A DNA stretch of 64,000 nucleotides from an uncultured Candidatus Saccharibacteria bacterium (lineage in GTDB: Bacteria; Patescibacteriota; Minisyncoccia; Phycocordibacterales; CAIZLB01). Under the pieces are notes generated by a model. That model saw only the letters and a list, made by a program, of their open reading frames with translations. It searched no databases and was not told where the DNA came from. A program made the translations under genes and the position numbers. Shown one piece after another: positions 56,478 to 64,000 of this stretch (its first letter is position 1; every line of letters begins with the position of its first letter). The stretch lies in the NCBI GenBank assembly GCA_964467385.1, contig CAYXQC010000001.1, forward strand, positions 7,896 to 71,895. The letters are read 5' to 3'.

Positions 56478-57722
56478 TTATCGCCAAGCTGCATCTCTTT
56501 GTCTAATCGTATTATACACGGAGGTTACGAGCCAAAGAGGGGAGATGAATGAATATATAAGAAGGAAGTACACGAAGTCAAATGATTTTTGATCGGTTAC
56601 ACCTGTAAGTCTTTTGCCATACCAGATTGCAAAAAGTACTACGCATACGGCAAATGTTCCGAGGAAAAAAGTCGTCTGAAGATTAAAATAAATCCAATCA
56701 AAATTGATATTCGTAAGACTGAAGTCAAAATTAAATCCAACTGTTTTTATTTTTTCAAAAGTCTTATATGCGTGGGTAAAGAATTGAATTATATTGTATA
56801 TAAGGAAAAGCATTGATCCGGCAATACTGTACATTGCAAGCGGCAAGATCAAAAGGCCGAGATTTCCATAGCGAGGATTCAAAATCATTTTTCTGTAATC
56901 AATAGTGTTTTGAATAAATCCTCCAGTCCATCGTACTCGTTGCTTATATAGTTTGTATAAAGTTCGAGGTCCTACGGTGTACACGATCGCACGATGTGCA
57001 TTTCGGATTCTGTAGTTGTGTTCCTGCAGTCGGAGGGCCATCTCGAGATCTTCGGTATTGTGAGCGTGTCTGTACATTCCAACTTGGCTAAATACTTCTT
57101 TTCTAAAAATGGAGAAAGGGCCAGGAGTCACGTACTGCGCATCGAGAAGCCCTAAAATCTTTCGTGTGAACACACCCATGTTGTATTCTGCGCTCTGTAC
57201 CATCCCGAGGATTGTATCGGGGTTCTGAATTTTGAGTGAAGGTGTCACGGCAGCAACTTGCACATCATCGAAGTATGGCATGATGTAATTCAAAGCTTCG
57301 CCGTCCACAAATGAGTCAGCATCGAGGCAACCAATAAACTCTGTAGTAGCGTGTTGGATTGCGTAGTTCAGTGCTGTATATTTTCCACCGTTTTCCTTTT
57401 TATGGAGAAGTACCTGAGGGTTGCCTTGGAACTGTTGTACTACTTGCCAGCTCTTATCTTTTGAGCCATCGTCTACGACCATAATGAAAAGCTTGTCTTT
57501 AGGGTAATTTAAGTCGAGAAGGGAGAGGACAGTTTTCACTACCGTCTTTTCTTCGTTGAAAATTGGCACAATAATAGTCACCGACGGCTTTCGGTCTAGG
57601 GTGTGACTAGAGCTACTATAGAGATTTCGCTTGTTTTCGACTAAGGTCAATATCAAAAACACCTGAAAATACAGTACGGCAAAGAGGAAGACATATAAGA
57701 ATCCGGTAAAGAAGATAGCCAT
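56478..57722 (-). CDS. Processive GT2 synthase (cellulose/chitin/poly-GlcNAc synthase-like: D, DxD, TED, QxxRW)
   Basis: VVDDGS, DADS, NTEDLE, QRVRWTGG; TM helices at both ends; 414 aa (the size of IcaA, PgaC and NodC). Confidence 0.7.
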   Translation of the reverse strand: MAIFFTGFLYVFLFAVLYFQVFLILTLVENKRNLYSSSSHTLDRKPSVTIIVPIFNEEKTVVKTVLSLLDLNYPKDKLFIMVVDDGSKDKSWQVVQQFQGNPQVLLHKKENGGKYTALNYAIQHATTEFIGCLDADSFVDGEALNYIMPYFDDVQVAAVTPSLKIQNPDTILGMVQSAEYNMGVFTRKILGLLDAQYVTPGPFSIFRKEVFSQVGMYRHAHNTEDLEMALRLQEHNYRIRNAHRAIVYTVGPRTLYKLYKQRVRWTGGFIQNTIDYRKMILNPRYGNLGLLILPLAMYSIAGSMLFLIYNIIQFFTHAYKTFEKIKTVGFNFDFSLTNINFDWIYFNLQTTFFLGTFAVCVVLFAIWYGKRLTGVTDQKSFDFVYFLLIYSFISPLWLVTSVYNTIRQRDAAWR

Positions 57723-57786
57723 CTAAAGTCTCTATAATATACAGTATTTTGGGCTTTTTTCAATAATACGCTATACTTTGGGCACT

Positions 57787-58584
57787 ATGTCAGACATCTC
57801 GAAAAGTGCGCAAAATGACTCAAAAAGTGGCGCCGCAGTTGCCTCAGTCGCCTCAGAAAACCCTTATATCACAGGGCTTAAGGGTGTGCCGAAAGGTCAT
57901 CTTCACCCGCTCACAGAGGTTCGGATAGAAATTAACCGAATCTTCGCTAAAATGGGCTTTGAAATTGCTGAAAGTCCTGAGGTAGAAACTGAATACAATA
58001 ACTTTGATGTACTTCGAGTAGCCAAAGATCATCCGTCGCGAGATATGCAGGATACATTTTGGCTTAATGAATACGACGGAGAGGGGAATCGACTTTTACC
58101 TCGAACTCACACATCGGGTGCGCAGATCCGTTTTCCAAAAGCACACAGTGCTCCCTTTAAATTCATTAATCCTGGAAAAGTTTTTCGAAATGAAGCAACT
58201 GATGCAACTCATGAAGCAGAATTTTACCAAGTTGAAGGAATGATGGTTGCAGAAAAAGTTACAATGGCTGATCTCAAAGGTACTCTTGAATTTTTTGCTA
58301 AAGAATTTTTCGGACCAAATACTGAGATTCGTTTTCGACCGAGCTTTTTCCCATTCGTAGAGCCTGGAGTCGAGGTTGATGTACGGTGGAAAGATAAATG
58401 GCTCGAAGTTCTCGGTGGAGGTCTCACTCATCCTGAAGTCTTGCAAGCTGGAGGGCTCGATCCGGAAAAATGGCAAGGTTTTGCATTCGGTATGGGACTT
58501 GATCGAATGGTAATGCTCAAGTACGGCATTGATGATATTCGTCAAATGTACAGTGGTGACTTACGTCTTGTAAATCAATTTTAA
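57787..58584 (+). CDS. pheS: Phenylalanine--tRNA ligase alpha subunit (short form)
   Basis: Class II aaRS motifs (FRPSFFPFVEPG, GGGLTHPEV). The ATG at 57787 is preferred over the track's TTG at 57778. Confidence 0.9.
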   Translation: MSDISKSAQNDSKSGAAVASVASENPYITGLKGVPKGHLHPLTEVRIEINRIFAKMGFEIAESPEVETEYNNFDVLRVAKDHPSRDMQDTFWLNEYDGEGNRLLPRTHTSGAQIRFPKAHSAPFKFINPGKVFRNEATDATHEAEFYQVEGMMVAEKVTMADLKGTLEFFAKEFFGPNTEIRFRPSFFPFVEPGVEVDVRWKDKWLEVLGGGLTHPEVLQAGGLDPEKWQGFAFGMGLDRMVMLKYGIDDIRQMYSGDLRLVNQF

Positions 58585-58641
58585 ATAAATTTAGAATAAA
58601 TAAAAGATAAACTTAATCTCAATCTTAATCGCACGAATTTT

Positions 58642-60744
58642 ATGTTAATTTCATACAATTGGATCAAATCATATTTCAAAGAAGCAATCCCTGAACCAAA
58701 GAAGTTGGCTGATATCATCACTATGGGTGCTTTTGAAATTGATGGTATGGAAGAAAAAAACGCGAATGGTGCGAACGGTACTGCCGGCGGCAACAGTGCG
58801 AGCGATACGATTCTCGATATAAAAGTTTTACCTGATCGATCAGCTTATGCGCTTTCACACAGATATATTGCCCAAGAAATCGGAGCACTTATTGGTCAAC
58901 AGATTGTAGTTCCAGAAATTGGCGAGCTGGATGTTGATCAAAGTGTAGAAAAACTCGAAGTGTTAAATGAAGCAGGTGTTACATCTGCTGATGTTCCGTT
59001 TTGTATTCGATACGCAGGTCGGATCGTGCGGGATATAGTGGTTGATGATTCTCCGACTTGGCTCAAAAATCAGCTCGAAGTCCTCGGTCAGCGATCAATT
59101 AGCTCAATTGTAGATCTTACAAACTATGTGATGTTAGAAACTGGTCAGCCACTTCATGCTTTCGATGCGGATAAAGTGAAAGGTGCTATTCGCGTACGGC
59201 TTGCAAAAGAAGGTGAAGAAATCACCCTTCTTGATGGTACTGTCTTGAAACTTTCTCCATCGATGCTTGTGATTGCTGATGATGAAGCCCCGCTTGCGCT
59301 TGCCGGTATCAAGGGCGGTAAAAAAGCCGAAGTAACTCGTGATACTGAAAATATTATTCTCGAAGCGGCATGCTTCAATTCAACAACTACACGAAAAACT
59401 TCACAGCAAGTTAGCATCAAGAATGATTCTTCAAAGCGGTTTGAAAATGGTGTGACTCCTGAGCGTGCAGGTCTTGCTCTTGCACTTTTGTCAGCGAAAA
59501 TTCATGAATTAAATCCAGGTGCAAAGTTTGGTGAGGTGGCTGATGTGTATGAAAATGCAAATTCAAATAATAAAAAAAATGCATCTACAATTGTCATCTC
59601 TGTGGCGTATATTTCAGAGCGACTTGGTTTAAAAATTTCAAAAGAAACCGTTATGGATATTTTGTCACGAATTGATATTGCGGTTACAGAATCTGATTCT
59701 GAATCAACATCAACGCCGGAAAATGACACACTCATTGTCTCAGTGCCAGCATATCGTCCTGATCTAAACATTGCTGAAGATATTATCGAAGAAATTGGTC
59801 GCATCAATGGATACGAAAAAATCAAAGGTCATACACCAGCGGTAGAATCGAAGCGAAGAATCAATAAAAACTTCTACTATCACAATGTAATCCGCAAAGC
59901 TTTAGTTGATCTCGGATTTTCAGAAGTATATACATATACATTGACCGATGCTGGTGATACAAAACTCGCAAATCCTCTGACAGTCGAACGAGCGTATTTG
60001 CGAAATAATCTGTCAAAGCTTATCGCAGAAAAAGCTTTGTTCAATTTGAAAAATGTAGACCTACTTGGACTCAAAGATGTTCGAATGTTTGAAATTGGAA
60101 AAGTGTTTGGTAGTGGAGCTTTGTCTGAACGATTTTCATTAGCACTCACAATTGCACGAAGCAAATTACCAAAAGGTCATGATGCTAAGCTTGAGCTCGA
60201 GGCTATAGGTGAATACGTTTTGACAGCACTCGGCATAGGATCTGGCGAAGGGGTGACTGAAGAATCTTTGATTAAAATAGCTGAGGTTATTCCTACATTT
60301 ACTGAACTTCAAGGTGATGCACAAACTCCATGTGCTGGTCTTGTGATTGAATTTGATCTTGATACTTTAATTGCACGACTACCTGAAATTACAGCTGATA
60401 CTGAAATGAATGCCTTGCCACAAATTAAATTCACACCAATTTCTTCTTATCCATTTTCTGTGCGAGATATCGCAGTATTTGTGCCTGGAGAAAGAGGACA
60501 GGAGGCTACTGTCGAATCTGTAATTGTTGAGGCGCTTTCATCTATAAGTAAGGCGGACCTTCTTGTGCGAAAAACTCTGTTCGATGTATTTACAAAAAAT
60601 AAAGAAGGTGAGCCTGTACGAACTTCGTATGCTTTTCGACTCGTTTTCCAGTCACAAGAAAAGACCTTGGGTGAAGAGGAAATAAGTGAATGCATGAATT
60701 CTGTAAATGAAGCATTCAAAAAAGAAGGGTGGGAGGTGCGGTAG
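58642..60744 (+). CDS. pheT: Phenylalanine--tRNA ligase beta subunit
   Basis: B3/B4, B5 and FDX-ACB-like C-terminal blocks. 700 aa. Confidence 0.9.
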   Translation: MLISYNWIKSYFKEAIPEPKKLADIITMGAFEIDGMEEKNANGANGTAGGNSASDTILDIKVLPDRSAYALSHRYIAQEIGALIGQQIVVPEIGELDVDQSVEKLEVLNEAGVTSADVPFCIRYAGRIVRDIVVDDSPTWLKNQLEVLGQRSISSIVDLTNYVMLETGQPLHAFDADKVKGAIRVRLAKEGEEITLLDGTVLKLSPSMLVIADDEAPLALAGIKGGKKAEVTRDTENIILEAACFNSTTTRKTSQQVSIKNDSSKRFENGVTPERAGLALALLSAKIHELNPGAKFGEVADVYENANSNNKKNASTIVISVAYISERLGLKISKETVMDILSRIDIAVTESDSESTSTPENDTLIVSVPAYRPDLNIAEDIIEEIGRINGYEKIKGHTPAVESKRRINKNFYYHNVIRKALVDLGFSEVYTYTLTDAGDTKLANPLTVERAYLRNNLSKLIAEKALFNLKNVDLLGLKDVRMFEIGKVFGSGALSERFSLALTIARSKLPKGHDAKLELEAIGEYVLTALGIGSGEGVTEESLIKIAEVIPTFTELQGDAQTPCAGLVIEFDLDTLIARLPEITADTEMNALPQIKFTPISSYPFSVRDIAVFVPGERGQEATVESVIVEALSSISKADLLVRKTLFDVFTKNKEGEPVRTSYAFRLVFQSQEKTLGEEEISECMNSVNEAFKKEGWEVR

Positions 60745-60829
60745 TTTTGTAAGAGGGCAATGTGTTGGGGCCTTTTCTTGTACAAATCCGTGCACTTTTA
60801 CACACTTTTTTATGCTATAATCCATTCAT

Positions 60830-61390
60830 ATGAAAAAGACACTTATGATCGTGGGGGCAATAGTGGTGGTTGCGGCATTATATATTGGTGGAACTTACAA
60901 TTCGCTTGTCAAAATGAACGAATCAATCAACGGCCAGTGGGCGCAGGTTGAAAATCAGTATCAGCGACGATTTGATCTTATTCCAAATCTCGTGGCAACA
61001 GTTAAAGGTGTAGCGAAGCAGGAAAATGACATTTTCACAGCCATCGCTGAAGCACGAACTCGATATACAAGCGCGGTTACAACAGATGCAAAAGTAGCAG
61101 CGGCAACTCAGGTGGAAGGTGCTCTTGGACGACTTATTGCTATTGCGGAAAATTATCCAACACTCAAGTCTGCTGATAGTTATCAAAGTCTTATGGTTCA
61201 GCTTGAAGGTACTGAGAACCGTGTATCAATTGAACGAAAAGTCTATAACGATACAGTTCGAGAATATAACATGGGTGTAAAAATATTCCCTCGATCACTC
61301 GTAGCTGGTATGTTTGGATTCGGTCAGAAGCAATACTTTGAAGTAAGTGATGCTGCAAAAGTTGTACCAAAAGTTGATTTTGGAAATTAA
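60830..61390 (+). CDS. lemA: LemA family protein
   Basis: N-terminal TM helix and the YNSLVKMNESINGQWAQVENQYQRRFDLIPNLV block. Confidence 0.8.
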   Translation: MKKTLMIVGAIVVVAALYIGGTYNSLVKMNESINGQWAQVENQYQRRFDLIPNLVATVKGVAKQENDIFTAIAEARTRYTSAVTTDAKVAAATQVEGALGRLIAIAENYPTLKSADSYQSLMVQLEGTENRVSIERKVYNDTVREYNMGVKIFPRSLVAGMFGFGQKQYFEVSDAAKVVPKVDFGN

Positions 61391-61435
61391 GAAATTAAGC
61401 GAAGTATTAAGCTTTGAGTTTATGTACACTATAAA

Positions 61436-62398
61436 ATGATTACTCGTGTACTCAAGAAAATACCTAACACAATTGCCCTATGCGCTGTACTTATTGGTGT
61501 GGCGTGTTTGGGTATTGCTTTGTTACCGTATATTGCGCGAGCTGAAACCTCTACCGAACTTATTAAAGTAAAACCAACTAGTTTTGTATTCGATAATACT
61601 GGTACATTAAGCGCAGCTGAAAAAGAAAAAATCGAAACAATCATAACGGCTCATCAGACTAAAACTGGGGGTGTAGCAAGTGGTGATCAAATCGCAATAG
61701 TGATTGTGCAGAATCTAAGCGGTGATGCTATTGAAAATTTCGCCAATAATCTTTTTCGTGGATGGGGAATTGGAGTAAAAGGAAAGGATAATGGAATCTT
61801 GGTTTTAGTTGCTTTGGACGAAAGGCAAATACGCATTGAAGTTGGATATGGACTTGAAGGAACTTTGACGGATTTGCAGAGTTATAAAATCATTGATGGA
61901 ATTTTAAAACCAGCATTTCGAGAAGGAAAATATGGTGATGGCTTATATGACGCTGCCACAACAATTATTCAAACCATTGAAGGTGATGCTTCACGTGTTG
62001 ATAATATAAAAGTTGATACAAGAACTAGTGCCGATACAAATAATGGAGTTAGAAATTATATTGAGTTGGTATTCTATTTCCTGGCTTTTGTTTTACCTAT
62101 TTTGAGCTCGGTACTTGGACGTACAAAGCGATGGTGGCCTGGAGGAATAGTTGGTGCTGTTGTTGGTGGGATTCTTGGAGCACTTTTTGCCACAGGCTTT
62201 ATGATTGCACTTTACACTGTTTGTCTTGGATTATTTGGTCTATTATTTGACTATATAGTTTCGAAGAATTACAAGAATGGCGGACGTGGCGGTTTCGGAG
62301 GCTTCTTTTTTGGTGGTCCAGGATTTGGTTCAGGCCGATCATCGGGTGGATTCGGTGGTGGAAGTTCTGGAGGTGGAGGGTCAAGTGGTGGGTGGTAG
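61436..62398 (+). CDS. TPM-domain (YgcG-like) membrane protein with Gly-rich C-terminal tail
   Basis: TPM_phosphatase-like block (FDNTGTLSAAEKEKIE...ILVLVALDERQIRIEVGYGLEG), a TM helix, and a GGFGG repeat tail. Confidence 0.65.
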   Translation: MITRVLKKIPNTIALCAVLIGVACLGIALLPYIARAETSTELIKVKPTSFVFDNTGTLSAAEKEKIETIITAHQTKTGGVASGDQIAIVIVQNLSGDAIENFANNLFRGWGIGVKGKDNGILVLVALDERQIRIEVGYGLEGTLTDLQSYKIIDGILKPAFREGKYGDGLYDAATTIIQTIEGDASRVDNIKVDTRTSADTNNGVRNYIELVFYFLAFVLPILSSVLGRTKRWWPGGIVGAVVGGILGALFATGFMIALYTVCLGLFGLLFDYIVSKNYKNGGRGGFGGFFFGGPGFGSGRSSGGFGGGSSGGGGSSGGW

Positions 62399-62446
62399 TT
62401 TTGCCGCTATGATACAATGTGTGTGTAATTTAATTAGATATACTAT

Positions 62447-62845
62447 ATGATGCTCATTAAATATTACCTGATTGCACTCCCTTTATTTTTAGTTATGGAT
62501 TTGGTATGGATCGGTATTATCGCTAAAGATTTTTATCGTGTACAGATTGGTGCACTTATGAAAGCGGATGTTAATTGGATTGCAGCCGTGTTTTTTTACG
62601 TACTATTTATTACAGGGCTTGTACTATTTGTGATTCTTCCATCTATGGAAAAGCAATCTTTAGTGCATGCACTTGTATTCGGGGCTTTGTTTGGTCTGGT
62701 TTGTTATGCTACGTATGATCTGACTAATTTGGCACTAGCTAAAAATTGGCCTGTTCTTGTGACTATCGTGGATCTTGTATGGGGTGCTTCGGTTTCTGCA
62801 TTTGTTTCAGGAACAACGTATTACATAGTGAGTAAATTCTTGTAA
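62447..62845 (+). CDS. Small 4-TM membrane protein (DUF2177-like)
   Basis: Hydrophobicity pattern only. Confidence 0.35.
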   Translation: MMLIKYYLIALPLFLVMDLVWIGIIAKDFYRVQIGALMKADVNWIAAVFFYVLFITGLVLFVILPSMEKQSLVHALVFGALFGLVCYATYDLTNLALAKNWPVLVTIVDLVWGASVSAFVSGTTYYIVSKFL

Positions 62846-62866
62846 TTATAAAGTCTTCAAAATAGA

Positions 62867-63559
62867 TTATTGCCAATTAATCTCTGACAGACCATTCTTA
62901 TGTAAATATGCGTTTGCTTTACTAAATGGTTTACTACCAAAAAATCCATTGTTGGCTGAAAAAGGGGATGGGTGTGCTGATTCTATAACACAGTGTTTTG
63001 TACGATCTATATGCGCACCTTTTTGCTTCGCATAATTACCCCAGAGTATAAATACAGCATGTTCACGTCTTTCAGAGAGTGTTCGTATAACAGCATCTGT
63101 AAATTCTTCCCAACCCTTTTTCTGGTGGGAGCCAGGAGTGTTTGCTTGTACAGTTAGTGTTGCATTTAAAAGGAGTACGCCTTGCTTTGCCCATCGACTG
63201 AGATCACCACTTGGTAATGGTTCAATTCCAATATCAGTTCGGATTTCTTTGTATATATTTTGCAGAGAAGGTGGTAGGGGCACATGCTCGCCTACGGCAA
63301 ACGAAAGCCCGATGGCCTGACCTTTTCCGTGATATGGATCTTGGCCAAGAATTACCACCCGAACGTCATCAAAGGGACACTCTGAAAAAGCTCTAAAAAT
63401 ATCCTTTGGTTTTGGATAAATTTCTTTTTTGTCCAAATATTCAGCCCGTACAAACTGAGTGAGATTAGCAAAATATGGCTTAGAAAATTCATCACCTAGG
63501 ACAAATTCCCAGCTTGGCTCTATTTTTACAGTGTTTCCTGAGGTGTTTATTGGATCCAT
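62867..63559 (-). CDS. ung: Uracil-DNA glycosylase (family 1)
   Basis: GQDPYHG water-activating motif and HPSPFSA C-terminal motif. Confidence 0.9.
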   Translation of the reverse strand: MDPINTSGNTVKIEPSWEFVLGDEFSKPYFANLTQFVRAEYLDKKEIYPKPKDIFRAFSECPFDDVRVVILGQDPYHGKGQAIGLSFAVGEHVPLPPSLQNIYKEIRTDIGIEPLPSGDLSRWAKQGVLLLNATLTVQANTPGSHQKKGWEEFTDAVIRTLSERREHAVFILWGNYAKQKGAHIDRTKHCVIESAHPSPFSANNGFFGSKPFSKANAYLHKNGLSEINWQ

Positions 63560-63750
63560 ATATAGTATGCATCGTCTCCGTGCTTATTGGCGTGCATTAC
63601 ACACAAGTATTATACATTTTATATATTTTTCAAACTTTCTTCATGTTACAATTATGAGGACAAATTTGGCCTTAGTTTAGTTAGTTTATGGAAAATTTAG
63701 GCTATTTTATAAAATCTTTATTCATCTATAAAGGAATATCTACAAAACCT

Positions 63751-64000
63751 ATGCACCGAGTTTCAAAAGTACTAATTGTAACTGCCCAAATACTGCTTCT
63801 TGTAGCGATCTTGGTAGTAATTGCAGCAAAATCTGATAGTTTCTTGTATGACAAGTCGATGCAAAAGCAAGTAGCTCAGGTTCTAGGTGCATCTGAATCA
63901 GTTGGTGCTGGAGTTTTCTGCCACCTCCAACCTGAAATTGATCAAAAAGAAGCTGATCAAAAAAATCTTGAAAATAAATCAACAGAACTATCCTCACAAG
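63751..64000 (+). CDS. 5' part of a CDS running off the window (signal/TM-containing protein MHRVSKVLIVTAQILLLVAIL...)
   Basis: Open frame from an ATG to the window end. The track lists only an antisense ORF here. Confidence 0.3.
   Translation, partial: MHRVSKVLIVTAQILLLVAILVVIAAKSDSFLYDKSMQKQVAQVLGASESVGAGVFCHLQPEIDQKEADQKNLENKSTELSSQ

Noticed and set aside
1-64000. Genome-wide UGA reassignment (code 4 UGA=Trp or code 25 UGA=Gly)
   Set aside because: Conserved genes (secA, gatB, pheT, rnj and others) are uninterrupted under the standard code, and Trp is encoded by TGG throughout. The one TGA stop at 2723 is embedded in an ATGA stop/start overlap typical of translational coupling. Only the weaker statement that UGA is avoided is retained.
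1-64000. CRISPR arrays, rRNA genes, transposases or integrases
   Set aside because: I scanned for regularly spaced direct repeats and for rRNA or transposase signatures and found none. The only repeats are the A/D intergenic elements reported above.

Overview
This is a low-GC bacterial chromosome fragment with about 57 protein-coding genes and one tRNA-Thr(UGU). I found no rRNA, no CRISPR array and no transposase or integrase. The gene content suggests a small-genome uncultivated lineage, possibly CPR/Patescibacteria; this is an inference, not a database result. Supporting observations are a type IV pilin, a giant S/T/N-rich surface protein whose C-terminus resembles a phage tail-fibre chaperone domain, a split transketolase, a short PheS, dense glycosyltransferase loci, and -10-like boxes only 6-10 nt before many ATGs with weak or no Shine-Dalgarno.

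Housekeeping genes recognised by motif: secA, secG, obg, gatB, rnj, gap, rpiB, an rpe-like gene, split tkt, a PfkB-type kinase, class II fba, rplY, rpmE, prfA, rpsB, tsf, pheS, pheT, ung and lemA.

There are three glycan-assembly loci. Locus 1 (0.1-14 kb) is a Wzx/ligase-type locus with GT2, GT4, GT9 and GT11 enzymes plus GDP-fucose synthase. Locus 2 (39.7-46.9 kb) is a Wzm/Wzt ABC-transporter-type locus with two sulfotransferase-family proteins, one of them fused through a coiled coil to a GT4. Locus 3 (53.8-57.7 kb) has a processive GT2 carrying D, DxD, TED and QxxRW motifs, followed by thioredoxin-like and peptidoglycan-binding proteins.

The most notable observations are these. (a) A composite leader upstream of secA contains a dyad DnaA-box-like motif, a promoter, a 5'UTR hairpin, a 23-codon poly-lysine micro-ORF and a 16-bp hairpin; it resembles an attenuator. 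(b) A family of roughly 100-bp hairpin-bearing intergenic repeats sits at four convergent gene junctions. (c) A 1560-codon surface-protein gene is interrupted by a single in-frame TGA exactly where an internal repeat has TGG (Trp). (d) TGA is almost never used as a stop codon in this window. (e) A sulfotransferase-coiled-coil-GT4 fusion sits next to the Wzm/Wzt transporter. (f) The Rpe-like protein has both metal-binding histidines substituted.

All calls rest on by-eye motif recognition. No database searches were run.
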